Of a stretch of DNA of 64,000 nucleotides, positions 19,183-28,645 are shown one piece after another. Made by a program: the position numbers and the translations under genes. The stretch lies in NCBI RefSeq assembly GCF_048266885.1, contig NZ_JBLWYR010000013.1:6783-70782 (forward strand), in the 5' to 3' direction. Each line of letters starts with the position of its first letter. Position 1 is the stretch's first letter. Under the pieces are notes generated by a model that saw nothing but the letters and a program-made list of their open reading frames with translations, was not told the origin of the DNA and did not search any database. The stretch comes from Methylophaga sp. Lineage in GTDB: Bacteria > Pseudomonadota > Gammaproteobacteria > Nitrosococcales > Methylophagaceae.

Positions 19183-20697
19183 ATGACAGGGATGTTTATC
19201 CTGGCGCTCGTGCTTGCAATTGTTGCATATTGGGCGGGTTTAGCTGAAGCGGTAAATCGCTGGAGTAATCAAGAAGAATATAGCCATGGTTTTCTTATAC
19301 CATTGGTTACACTTTTTATCTTGTGGGAAAAACGCCATCTGATTAACGCTACAAAAGGGCCACCAATGTGGACCGGTGTACTTGTAAGCGTTATTGCCGT
19401 TATCATTTTTATCATCGGTGAAATTAGCGCTTTATACCTCCTTATTCAGTATTCATTTGTTTTGATGTTGCTTGGTTTGTCGATGATTTATGTTGGTCGA
19501 GCAACCAAATACACATTGGCTCCAATACTTTTATTATTGTTTGCGATCCCTTTACCCTACGTAGTTGAGGTCGTTCTGACCGCTAAACTCCAGCTGTTTT
19601 CTTCATGGTTGGGTGTTCAAGTTATTCGTTTGTTCCAAATACCGGTATTCCTTGAAGGGAACATTATTGACCTCGGGGTTTATCAGCTTCAGGTCGTTGA
19701 AGCCTGTAGTGGTTTACGTTATTTGTTTCCTTTAATGAGTCTTGGCTTTATTGCGGCGTATTTTTACCAAGCAGCATTTTGGAAGCGCGCCACAATCTTT
19801 TTGATGACTATTCCCATCACCATCTTCATGAACAGCTTCCGTATAGGTGTTATTGGTGTGATGGTCGACAATTGGGGCATCTCGATGGCGGAAGGTTTTC
19901 TGCATGACTTTGAAGGCTGGATAATCTTCATGGCCTGTGCAGCTCTGCTATTTTTATTGGTGGTGTTACTAGAAAAAATTGCCCCGAGCCGTAAGTCTCT
20001 GTCCCAGTTGTTTGGCGTAGTAGATCATGCGCCGGCGAATAACATGTTCAGTAGCAATTATGGTAAATCGTATTCATACGCTCCTTTTATTGTTTTCATT
20101 ATCGTTCTGCTGATTGCCTTGTTTTCTACTAAGTTTGTCGATAACCGCGTTGAACAAGTCCCAGAGCATGAAGATTTTATTAGTTTCCCAATGCAGTTTA
20201 CTGATTGGATTGGCCAGCATGAAAAACTGGATGATCGGGTTGTCGATAAACTCGGGATGACGGATTATCTGTTTGTTAACTTTACAAGCATTGACCGGAA
20301 TATTGTGAATGTGTATGTGGCTTATTACGAGTCACAACGCAAAGGCCAATCACCGCACTCACCCAGAGTATGCATACCAGGTGGTGGTTGGGAAATTTCG
20401 GAATTTAACCGTACAGAAGTCGCTGGTGAACCTATTAACCGAGTGATTATTAAAAACGGTGATCAGGAACAGTTGGTTTATTACTGGTTCCAAGGACGTA
20501 ACCGACAGATAGCTAATGAATATTTGAATAAGTGGTTTTTATTCAAGGATGCTTTATTGGAAAACAGAACAGATGGTGCTCTGGTTCGTTATGTGACTCC
20601 TATTTTACCCGGAGAAAGTCATCAAGATGCAGACGCTAGAATTCAATCGTTGATGCAACATACGACACCAGAAATAAACCGTTATATTGCAGATTAA
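19183..20697 (+). CDS. Exosortase (EpsH-like) fused to an EpsI-family C-terminal domain
   Basis: The polytopic N-terminal half carries the exosortase catalytic signature: Cys in VEACSGLRYLFPL, Arg in MNSFRIGVIG, His in FLHDFEGW. The C-terminal ~200 aa soluble domain (FPMQFTDWIG...YVAYYESQRKGQSPHSPRVCIPGGGWE) matches the EpsI family. The start is uncertain (TTG 19168 or ATG 19183). Confidence 0.8.
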   Translation: MTGMFILALVLAIVAYWAGLAEAVNRWSNQEEYSHGFLIPLVTLFILWEKRHLINATKGPPMWTGVLVSVIAVIIFIIGEISALYLLIQYSFVLMLLGLSMIYVGRATKYTLAPILLLLFAIPLPYVVEVVLTAKLQLFSSWLGVQVIRLFQIPVFLEGNIIDLGVYQLQVVEACSGLRYLFPLMSLGFIAAYFYQAAFWKRATIFLMTIPITIFMNSFRIGVIGVMVDNWGISMAEGFLHDFEGWIIFMACAALLFLLVVLLEKIAPSRKSLSQLFGVVDHAPANNMFSSNYGKSYSYAPFIVFIIVLLIALFSTKFVDNRVEQVPEHEDFISFPMQFTDWIGQHEKLDDRVVDKLGMTDYLFVNFTSIDRNIVNVYVAYYESQRKGQSPHSPRVCIPGGGWEISEFNRTEVAGEPINRVIIKNGDQEQLVYYWFQGRNRQIANEYLNKWFLFKDALLENRTDGALVRYVTPILPGESHQDADARIQSLMQHTTPEINRYIAD

Positions 20698-20706
20698 GTT
20701 AGGAAT

Positions 20707-23091
20707 ATGGATATGAAAAATTTTAAACGCACGGTCTTGGCTGCAATGTTGGCTGGGATGATTTCAGGCTGTGGTTCTGCCGAAGATTCCTCAGAAAGAT
20801 TTATTGAAAGTGGCAAAGAATTGATGGAACAGGGTGAGTTCGATAAAGCTCGTCTGGAATTCAGAAATGCCTTACAAATCAATCCACTGGAAGCGGAAGG
20901 TTATTATCAGTTGGCTTTAATTGATGAAAAAGGCCAGAAGTGGAAAGGCATGTATTCCAATTTAGTGACGGTAGAGTCATTGGACCCCAATCATGTTCCT
21001 GCTCTTATTAAGCTGGGTCAACTGCATATTGTTTCTGGTCAACTTGATGAAGCAATGAAAAAAGCTGAAAAAGCTTTGTCGCTTGAGCCGGACAATATTA
21101 ATGCCATCTTGCTGAAGGCAACTACACTTATCAAGCAAGAAAACTTTGGCATGGCTGAGGCCGAAATCAATCGCATACTGGCAATCGAACCTAAGAATAT
21201 GGAAGCTTTAACCGCTAGGGTTATGCTTTATAAAAATAGTGGTCAAACCAGTAAAGCTATGACAGCGACTGACGAAGCATTAGCATTGTATCCAGATGCT
21301 ATGCCGTTAAAAATGATTAAGCTGAGTATCTATCAAGAGCTTAATGATTATTCTGCGATGGAACAGCTTTACCGGGAGTTATTGCCTGAATACCCTCACG
21401 AAAGTTGGGTCGCAGTCTCTTTAGCTAAGTTGCTTAACGACACGATGAATCGTCCTGAGGAATCGCAAAAAGTGCTTGAGGATTATGTGGCTAATAATCC
21501 AGATGACGCTGAAACCATTATGCTGTTAGTGGCTTTGATGAACAGCCGTGATCCAGAGCTGGCCATGGCTAAATTGGATGAATTTATTGCGGCTAAACCT
21601 GATAACCAAGAATTACGTTTTGCCAAAATAGAAATGCTGAGTATTCAAGGCAAGCAAGATTTGATGATATCTGAGCTAGAAGCCATTATTGCTTCAGAAC
21701 CAACCAGTGAAATTGGTTTACGTGCCAGAGCGACTATTGCAGGTATAAAAGCCCAAGAGGGTAAATTTGAAGAAGCTGAAACCATGGTAAATGAGGTGTT
21801 GGCGATATCCTCTGAACATGAGCAGGCATTATTATTAAAAGCTAAATTGCAATTAAGAGATGAACAGCTTGACCCTGCTATCAGTAATTTAAGGGTATTA
21901 ATTAGAAATAATGCTGAACTAGATGAAGCGATGGTTTTGTTAGCTCAGGCGTATGCCTTAACCGGGTCATCTGAATTGGCTGAAAATAGTTTCCGTCAGG
22001 CTTTATCTGTAAACCCAAGTAATCCACAGGCAGCGTTATCTGTTGCAAGCGTGCTGATGCGAGGCAATGATTTAGACCGTACTGAACAAGTGTTAGTAAG
22101 AGCATTAGATGGTAATGCTAATAATGAGAATTTATTACAAGCATTGGCACAGGTTCGGATATTAAAACGTGACTGGGCGGGGACTCAACAAGCTATTGAT
22201 GGATTAACGGAATCCACTCCATTAACCCATTTATTGACAGCCCAAATGTATCAAGGCTTAAACGATAATACCTTGGCGATTGCTGAGTATGAAGCTGCTT
22301 TGAAGCTTGACCCAAGCTTGACGAGAGCCTTACAGCAAATTATGGCCATTCATTATCAACAAGATCAAAAAGAAGAGATTGTTACGTTTCTGAATGAACA
22401 TATTGCCGAGCATCCTGAATTGAGCAATGGCTACATAGTCTTGGCAGATTACTATCGTATGGATGGGAATTTACCGGAGGCGATCGCCGCAATCGATAAC
22501 GGAATAGCTAAAAATGACGAATGGACGGCGGGTTATAGTTTGAAAGCCAATTTGCATTATCTAAACAATGAACCCGATGCAGCTATTGCAGCCTTTGAAA
22601 AGGGGCTTTCGAAAACGCCAGAAGATAATCAGTTGGCGATGCAGTTGGCATCAACTCACGAGACAAAAAAAGAGTACGAAAAAGCACGTAAGTTATATGA
22701 AGAAGTTATCGCACGTGATCCTTCAATAGATGTGGCAGCGAATAACTTATCAAGTTTGCTCTCTGATCAGTTTGAATCTCCTGAGAACTTACAACGTGCG
22801 TTAACGTTATCTAGTCGCTTCCGTGATTCTGAACAACCTTATTTTGCCGATACTTTTGGCTGGGTTAATTACAAGCTAGGTAATTATGAAGAAGCTAGAC
22901 CAGCATTGGAAAGAGCTGCTTCAAGCAGTGATGCTATTGCATTATTCCATTACCATTTAGGCCGTTTGTATTTGGCGATGCAAATGCCAGAAGAAGCACG
23001 TCAATCCTTAGAGCGTGCACAAAAGATGGCTAATGAAGAAAATGATGAAGCGTTGATTGGTAAAATTGATGAGCAGTTGAGTCAGTTATAA
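20707..23091 (+). CDS. TPR-repeat lipoprotein, PrsT-like (PEP-CTERM system associated)
   Basis: 794 aa. Lipobox LAGMISGC at the N-terminus, then TPR-like 34-aa repeats throughout (e.g. AEGYYQLALIDEKGQKW, ALIKLGQLHIVSGQLDEAMKKAEKAL). It lies immediately downstream of the exosortase. Confidence 0.7.
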   Translation: MDMKNFKRTVLAAMLAGMISGCGSAEDSSERFIESGKELMEQGEFDKARLEFRNALQINPLEAEGYYQLALIDEKGQKWKGMYSNLVTVESLDPNHVPALIKLGQLHIVSGQLDEAMKKAEKALSLEPDNINAILLKATTLIKQENFGMAEAEINRILAIEPKNMEALTARVMLYKNSGQTSKAMTATDEALALYPDAMPLKMIKLSIYQELNDYSAMEQLYRELLPEYPHESWVAVSLAKLLNDTMNRPEESQKVLEDYVANNPDDAETIMLLVALMNSRDPELAMAKLDEFIAAKPDNQELRFAKIEMLSIQGKQDLMISELEAIIASEPTSEIGLRARATIAGIKAQEGKFEEAETMVNEVLAISSEHEQALLLKAKLQLRDEQLDPAISNLRVLIRNNAELDEAMVLLAQAYALTGSSELAENSFRQALSVNPSNPQAALSVASVLMRGNDLDRTEQVLVRALDGNANNENLLQALAQVRILKRDWAGTQQAIDGLTESTPLTHLLTAQMYQGLNDNTLAIAEYEAALKLDPSLTRALQQIMAIHYQQDQKEEIVTFLNEHIAEHPELSNGYIVLADYYRMDGNLPEAIAAIDNGIAKNDEWTAGYSLKANLHYLNNEPDAAIAAFEKGLSKTPEDNQLAMQLASTHETKKEYEKARKLYEEVIARDPSIDVAANNLSSLLSDQFESPENLQRALTLSSRFRDSEQPYFADTFGWVNYKLGNYEEARPALERAASSSDAIALFHYHLGRLYLAMQMPEEARQSLERAQKMANEENDEALIGKIDEQLSQL

Positions 23092-23101
23092 ATATTTAGT
23101 T

Positions 23102-23139
23102 AAAAAGCCTTGCAGATTATAGTCTGCAAGGCTTTTTTT
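23102..23139. terminator. Bidirectional Rho-independent terminator
   Basis: An 11-bp perfect stem, agccttgcaga (23106-23116) / tctgcaaggct (23123-23133), with a 6-nt loop. It is flanked by an A-run upstream and a T7 run downstream, between convergent genes. Confidence 0.8.
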
Positions 23140-23153
23140 ATGCTTGGCGTTTA

Positions 23154-23681
23154 TTACCCAGCCATGCGTTTTAATACATCATCTTTATTAATAAAATGGT
23201 GATACAAAGCCCCAGTAATATGAGCCAATACCAAAAATATTAATAAAAATGCAAAAGGGGAGTGCCATTCACCTAGAGCAAGTGCCCAAGGTACTTCTCC
23301 AGCGGGTTTGCCAACCAGTTCATAGCCGAATACTTTGACTGGGTAGCCTTTACCATGAATATATAATGCGCCAAGAAAGGGCATAACAAGCATCGATAGA
23401 TACATTAAACGATGAGCTAATTTGGCGATAACGCCATCTAAACCAGGGTTAACTGGTCGTTGCGGCTTTTGTTTTAAAGTCCACAATAATCTTGCTACCG
23501 TCAGAATTAAAATGATTGCTCCCATTGTTACGTGCCAGGGGCCAAAAGTATCGCCCAGCCAATGCTCGCCTTCATTTATGCGATCAGCAAATTTGAAAAA
23601 CTGCTGCAGCACCACCACTGCGATTACCCAATGAAAAATACGCGTTATGGACCCATAACGTTCATGGTTGTCATGTAACAT
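23154..23681 (-). CDS. Cytochrome b561 family protein (CybB-like)
   Basis: 175 aa with four TM segments and conserved His positions (RIFHWVIAV..., GPWHVTMG, AHRLMYL, LAHITGALYHHF). Confidence 0.8.
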   Translation of the reverse strand: MLHDNHERYGSITRIFHWVIAVVVLQQFFKFADRINEGEHWLGDTFGPWHVTMGAIILILTVARLLWTLKQKPQRPVNPGLDGVIAKLAHRLMYLSMLVMPFLGALYIHGKGYPVKVFGYELVGKPAGEVPWALALGEWHSPFAFLLIFLVLAHITGALYHHFINKDDVLKRMAG

Positions 23682-23817
23682 TTCTCTCTCCTTTGCTTGC
23701 CATAATTTTTTATATGCACGAGATAGTGATCTCGTTGTTTCAGTATAAAAATGTCAACTTTAAGTGTTTATTAAGAGAATGCGATTATGGTGATCTTCCT
23801 TATCTAATCTGGTGTGG

Positions 23818-24759
23818 TTAAACGTCACGGAAATGAGCATGAATTTGTTCAAGCCGAGCATACACATGATCAATAAAAGCTTGGGCAACGCGGGATGGAT
23901 ATTTCCCCATCGGATGAACCAGACACCAAGTACGACGGATTGGAAAGTCAGGAATATCTAACGTTTTTAGTATGCCAGTCTGTAATTCGGCCAATACACT
24001 TAGCTTTGGCAAAATAGCTACTCCAAGGCCTGCTAACACGGCATGTTTTATGGCTTCATTTGAACCTAATTCCATTACCGGGTTGAGTTGTAATCGATGT
24101 TGCTGACAATGTTGTTCAATAGCGAATCGTGTTCCAGAGCCGTTTTCACGTATTAACATTGGTTCGGCAAAAAACTGATTAGCGGATAAAGGTAATTTTT
24201 CAGACAAATTATGTTGTGCGGGTATCACAGCAATCAATTCATTATCCAAAAACGGCAGCGTAGATAATGAACGCCCCTCGGGTACCATGGCCATAATCAC
24301 TAGGTCATCGATATTTAGTTTTAATCGTTCTAAGGCCTGGGCTCGATTTACTACTTCAATATGCAGATTGATGGCAGGAAATTCTTCGAGAAAGCTAGTC
24401 AATAAGTGAGGTACTACTGATTGAGCAGAACTGACAATACTCAGTTTCAAATCGCCGGAAAGCGCTTCCCGTAACAAATTCAATTCGGTTTGCAGTTCAC
24501 TCATCTGACCAAAGAGCCTATCTATAAATGTTGCTACCCTTTCACCAGCTTCGGTGCAATACAGTTGGCGACCGATATATTCAAATAACGGTTGCTCTAG
24601 TGCATTTTCAAGATGACGCATTTGTGAGCTGACAGCAGGTTGGGTCAAACCTAGATTTTCCGCAGCTTTACGATAACCCTTGTGTTGATAGACCGCTTGA
24701 AACACCTGCATTTGTCGGAACGACAAACGAGATAATAATTGTTGTAGGCTGAGCGCCAT
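23818..24759 (-). CDS. LysR-family transcriptional regulator (PycR-like by synteny)
   Basis: N-terminal HTH (FQAVYQHKGYRKAAENLGLTQPAVSSQMRHLE) plus a LysR substrate-binding domain. It is divergent from pycAB, as described for Pseudomonas pycR-pycAB. Confidence 0.85.
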   Translation of the reverse strand: MALSLQQLLSRLSFRQMQVFQAVYQHKGYRKAAENLGLTQPAVSSQMRHLENALEQPLFEYIGRQLYCTEAGERVATFIDRLFGQMSELQTELNLLREALSGDLKLSIVSSAQSVVPHLLTSFLEEFPAINLHIEVVNRAQALERLKLNIDDLVIMAMVPEGRSLSTLPFLDNELIAVIPAQHNLSEKLPLSANQFFAEPMLIRENGSGTRFAIEQHCQQHRLQLNPVMELGSNEAIKHAVLAGLGVAILPKLSVLAELQTGILKTLDIPDFPIRRTWCLVHPMGKYPSRVAQAFIDHVYARLEQIHAHFRDV

Positions 24760-24783
24760 GATCTTGCACCTATTTGGGGATTG

Positions 24784-24799
24784 ATAAGTTTTAGCTTAT
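24784..24799. promoter_or_regulatory. Candidate LysR operator (inverted repeat ATAAG-N6-CTTAT)
   Basis: ataagttttagcttat lies in the 120-bp divergent region between the LysR gene and pycA. It is AT-rich dyad symmetry, similar to but not exactly T-N11-A. Confidence 0.3.
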
Positions 24800-24879
24800 A
24801 GGTGAATTATATTTTATTGATTTTTATTTATCATTAATTTGCTCTAGTCTTAGCAAACAAATTTGGCCGAGACTGAGCT

Positions 24880-26295
24880 ATGTTAAAAAAAATTCTAATC
24901 GCTAATCGTGGCGAAATTGCTGTACGAATTGTCCGTGCCTGTTCGGAAATGGGTGTTCGTTCAGTAGCCATTTATACCGAACCGGATCGTTATGCCTTAC
25001 ACGTTAAACGCGCTGATGAATCCTATTCATTAGGTGAAGACCCGCTTGAAGGTTATCTGGATCCGGTTCGGCTGGTAAATCTGGCTGTTGAAACCGGCTG
25101 TGATGCGATTCATCCTGGTTATGGTTTCCTATCTGAAAATGCCCGGTTCGCTCGTTTATGCGAACAAAATGGCATCATCTTTATCGGTCCTAAAGCCTCT
25201 GTTATCGAAAAGATGGGCGACAAAACAGCTGCTCGCGACAGTATGCGTGAGGCTGGTGTACCAATTACACCTGGATCGGACGGCAACCTCGAAAACATTG
25301 AAGAAGCATTAACGGTTGCTGAAGAGATTGGTTACCCCATCATGATCAAAGCTACTTCCGGTGGTGGTGGTCGCGGTATTCGCCGTTGTGATACATCGGC
25401 TGAACTGAAACAACAGTTTCCCCGTGTTATTTCTGAAGCGACCAAAGCGTTTGGCTCAGCTGAAGTGTTTATGGAAAAGTGCATCGTTAACCCACGGCAT
25501 ATTGAAGTGCAGGTGTTGGCTGATAGACACGGCAATGTCGTACATTTATACGAACGCGATTGTTCCATTCAACGACGCAACCAGAAGCTAATTGAAATTG
25601 CTCCCAGCCCACAACTTACACCAGAACAACGTAACTATATCGGTGGGTTGGCGGTAAAAGCCACTGAAGCAGTAGGGTATGAAAATGCCGGAACCGTTGA
25701 GTTTCTGCTGACTGGCAATCAGGTGTATTTCATGGAAATGAATACCCGGATTCAGGTCGAACACACCATTACCGAACAAATCACCGGTATTGATATTGTT
25801 CGCGAACAGTTACGTATCGCCGCGGGTGAAACCTTGCGATACCGTCAGGAAGATATTCATTATCGTGGCTTTGCCTTGCAGTTTCGTATCAATGCTGAAG
25901 ATCCAAAAAATGATTTCCTGCCCAGCTTTGGTCGCATCACACATTATTACGCTCCCGGTGGCCCAGGTGTTCGGGTCGATACCGCGATTTACACTGGATA
26001 TGAAATCCCGCCATATTTTGACTCAATGTGTTTGAAGCTAGTTGTCTGGGCATTGGATTGGGAGGATGCAGTCGATCGAGGGCGTCGTGCTCTGGATGAT
26101 ATGCGTTTACATGGCATCAAAACTACAGCCAGTTATTATCAGCAGATCCTCAAAGATCCTGATTTCAGGGCTGGAAAATTTGATACCAGTTTTGTGCCTT
26201 CACATCCTGAACTTCTTACTTATTCAGATAAACGTCACCCGACCGCATTAGCATTGGTGTTGGCTACCGCCATCGCCGCGCATGCAGGTTGGTAA
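24880..26295 (+). CDS. pycA: Pyruvate carboxylase subunit A (biotin carboxylase)
   Basis: 471 aa. MLKKILIANRGEIAVRIVRAC, the ATP-grasp region (MIKATSGGGGRGIR) and EMNTRIQVEHTITE are canonical for biotin carboxylase. It is followed directly by the carboxyltransferase/BCCP subunit. Confidence 0.85.
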   Translation: MLKKILIANRGEIAVRIVRACSEMGVRSVAIYTEPDRYALHVKRADESYSLGEDPLEGYLDPVRLVNLAVETGCDAIHPGYGFLSENARFARLCEQNGIIFIGPKASVIEKMGDKTAARDSMREAGVPITPGSDGNLENIEEALTVAEEIGYPIMIKATSGGGGRGIRRCDTSAELKQQFPRVISEATKAFGSAEVFMEKCIVNPRHIEVQVLADRHGNVVHLYERDCSIQRRNQKLIEIAPSPQLTPEQRNYIGGLAVKATEAVGYENAGTVEFLLTGNQVYFMEMNTRIQVEHTITEQITGIDIVREQLRIAAGETLRYRQEDIHYRGFALQFRINAEDPKNDFLPSFGRITHYYAPGGPGVRVDTAIYTGYEIPPYFDSMCLKLVVWALDWEDAVDRGRRALDDMRLHGIKTTASYYQQILKDPDFRAGKFDTSFVPSHPELLTYSDKRHPTALALVLATAIAAHAGW

Positions 26296-26318
26296 AACAA
26301 GTTAGCCGGAGAATTGTA

Positions 26319-28109
26319 ATGAAAAAAATTCAAGTTACTGATGTGACGTTGCGTGATGCACATCAATCATTGATTGCCACCCGCATGCGTACCGATGACA
26401 TGTTGCCGATCTGTGAAAAGCTGGATCGGGTGGGCTATTGGTCACTGGAAGTATGGGGCGGGGCGACATTTGATGCCTGTGTGCGTTACCTGAAAGAAGA
26501 TCCCTGGCAGCGTTTACGTTTATTAAAAGGTGTTTTGCCTAATACCCGGCTGCAAATGTTATTACGTGGTCAAAATCTGCTGGGATATCGTCACTATGCT
26601 GATGACGTAGTGCAAGCTTTTGTCGCCAAAGCGGCTGAGAATGGCATCGATGTATTCAGGGTGTTTGATGCTTTGAATGATATGCGTAATTTGGAAACCG
26701 CATTAAAAGCGGTGAAAGATGCGGGTAAACATGCTCAGGGCACTATTGCTTACACCACCAGTCCAGTACATACGCCTGAGTTATTTGTAGAACAGGCTAA
26801 AACTCTGCGTGATATGGGCGCCGACTCCATTGCAATTAAAGATATGGCCGGTCTGCTGGCACCGTATCCAACTTATGAGTTGGTCAAAGCCATTAAATCC
26901 GCTGTGGATCTGCCTTTAGTCATTCATAGTCATTCCACCTCTGGCTTGGCACCTCTGTGTCAGTTAAAAGCCATTGAAGCCGGTGTTGATCGTATTGATA
27001 CCGCGATTTCAGCGTTTGCTGGTGGCACTAGCCATCCTGCGACCGAGAGTCAGGTAGCAGCGTTAAAAGGCACCGAGTGGGATACTGGACTGGATTTGAA
27101 TTTACTCTCGGAAATCGCTGATTATTTCCGTGAGGTTCGCAAAAAATATCACCAGTTTGAAAGCGAATTCACCCGCGAAGATGTATCGGTTCAAATCAAT
27201 CAGGTGCCTGGTGGCATGATGTCTAATCTGGCCAATCAGCTGAAAGAACAGAATGCGTTGGATCGGATTCGTGATGTTTTTGCTGAGATTCCGCGGGTTC
27301 GTGAAGATTTAGGCTTTCCTCCATTGGTCACGCCAACTTCACAAATCGTCGGTACACAGGCGGTTTATAACGTCTTAAGTGGCGAACGCTATAAAACCAT
27401 TACGAATGAGGTTAAGCGTTATCTACTGGGTGGTTACGGTCAACCGCCGGCACCGATTAATGCCCAACTGCAACGCAAGGCAATCGGCAATGAAACGGTA
27501 ATTGAGTCACGTCCTGCAGATTCGATTGCACCAGAAATGGAAAAATTACGCGCCAAGATTGGTGAACTGGCGACCTGCGAAGAAGATGTATTGACCTTTG
27601 CCATGTTCCCGGACATCGGTCGTGAATTTTTGCAACAACGTTTAGATGGCACTTTGCAACCAGAACCGTTGATTCCGGAGAGTAAAGGCAAAGCGCCAGG
27701 CACCGTATCAACCGAGTTTAAAGTTGATGTGCATGGTGAAACCTATGATGTCGCTATTACCGGTGTTGGTGATGTTGGCGGTGGCAAACGCAAAATGTAT
27801 GTATCCGTTGATGGTATGCCGGAAGAAGTTATATTCGAGACCATCAGCGAATTTGTTTCAGATGGTGCTCAGCAAGGCCGTAAAAAAGCCAGCGATCCAG
27901 GTCATGTCACCACACCATTACCGGGTAATGTAGTGGATGTTTTGGTCAATGTCGGTGACAAGGTCAAGTCAGGTCAATCGACAATGATCATTGAAGCGAT
28001 GAAAATGGAATCAGAGCTGTTGGCTAATATCGATGGGGAAGTTAAAGCGATTCATGTTAATAAAGGTGATCGGGTGACACCGGGTGAAGTATTAATTGAA
28101 ATTGCTTAA
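26319..28109 (+). CDS. pycB: Pyruvate carboxylase subunit B (carboxyltransferase + biotinyl domain)
   Basis: The ATG at 26319 has GGAG 9 nt upstream. TDVTLRDAHQSL is the HMGL-like carboxyltransferase motif. The C-terminal biotin attachment site is IIEAMKMESEL. No OadB/OadG genes are adjacent. Confidence 0.85.
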   Translation: MKKIQVTDVTLRDAHQSLIATRMRTDDMLPICEKLDRVGYWSLEVWGGATFDACVRYLKEDPWQRLRLLKGVLPNTRLQMLLRGQNLLGYRHYADDVVQAFVAKAAENGIDVFRVFDALNDMRNLETALKAVKDAGKHAQGTIAYTTSPVHTPELFVEQAKTLRDMGADSIAIKDMAGLLAPYPTYELVKAIKSAVDLPLVIHSHSTSGLAPLCQLKAIEAGVDRIDTAISAFAGGTSHPATESQVAALKGTEWDTGLDLNLLSEIADYFREVRKKYHQFESEFTREDVSVQINQVPGGMMSNLANQLKEQNALDRIRDVFAEIPRVREDLGFPPLVTPTSQIVGTQAVYNVLSGERYKTITNEVKRYLLGGYGQPPAPINAQLQRKAIGNETVIESRPADSIAPEMEKLRAKIGELATCEEDVLTFAMFPDIGREFLQQRLDGTLQPEPLIPESKGKAPGTVSTEFKVDVHGETYDVAITGVGDVGGGKRKMYVSVDGMPEEVIFETISEFVSDGAQQGRKKASDPGHVTTPLPGNVVDVLVNVGDKVKSGQSTMIIEAMKMESELLANIDGEVKAIHVNKGDRVTPGEVLIEIA

Positions 28110-28202
28110 TGAATATCTTGTAAACGTTTATGCGGGGTCAGCTTGTTACTTTCTAAGTAGTACTTAGTCCTGTGTATTAACTTATTGCATATTCTGGCGT
28201 TA

Positions 28203-28236
28203 GACTCCATGCCATATAAATAGGCATGGAGGAGTC
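28203..28236 (+). promoter_or_regulatory. Hairpin/dyad that includes the globin Shine-Dalgarno sequence
   Basis: ctccatgcc (28205-28213) and ggcatggag (28223-28231) form a 9-bp perfect inverted repeat with a 9-nt AT loop. The right arm overlaps GGAGGA, the only SD for ATG 28241. Confidence 0.35.
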
Positions 28237-28240
28237 ATAT

Positions 28241-28645
28241 ATGACACTGACTGCAGATCTCAGAAAAACGTCAATCTATGATAGTTTGGGTGGTGCCGAA
28301 GGTATCCGAAAGTTAGTAAATACCTTTTGTGATGTGTTGGAAACAACTGATGTTGGTCGGCCAATTCATCTGCTACATTTGCGTGGTCATGGAATGGCAC
28401 ACGCACGCATGGAACAGTTCAATTTTTTCTCAGGTATGTTTGGAGGCCCGCGGCTTTATGCCGAGAAGTGGGGCCATTCTAATATCCGACAGATCCACGA
28501 GCATGTCGACATAACCGAAGCACATAAGAATGCTTGGTTAGCATCGATGCAGGTTGCCGTTGAGAGACTTCAGTATGAACCAAGGATGAAACAGTATTTA
28601 ATGGAAAACTTTGAACGCATGGCCAGCATATTGGTTAATCGCTAA
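28241..28645 (+). CDS. Group II truncated hemoglobin (2-on-2 globin)
   Basis: About 134 aa. SIYDSLGGAEGIRKLVNTFCDVL and HEHVDITEAHKNAWLASM match the trHb fold pattern. ATG 28241 is preferred because GGAGGA lies 7 nt upstream. Confidence 0.7.
   Translation: MTLTADLRKTSIYDSLGGAEGIRKLVNTFCDVLETTDVGRPIHLLHLRGHGMAHARMEQFNFFSGMFGGPRLYAEKWGHSNIRQIHEHVDITEAHKNAWLASMQVAVERLQYEPRMKQYLMENFERMASILVNR

Noticed and set aside
24784-24799. Calling the dyad upstream of pycA a canonical T-N11-A LysR box
   Set aside because: The symmetric T and A are separated by 12 nt rather than 11. It is kept only as a low-confidence inverted repeat.
26319-28109. Oxaloacetate decarboxylase Na+ pump alpha subunit
   Set aside because: No OadB/OadG membrane subunits are adjacent. 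A biotin carboxylase gene is directly upstream, with a divergent LysR regulator, so it is pyruvate carboxylase subunit B.
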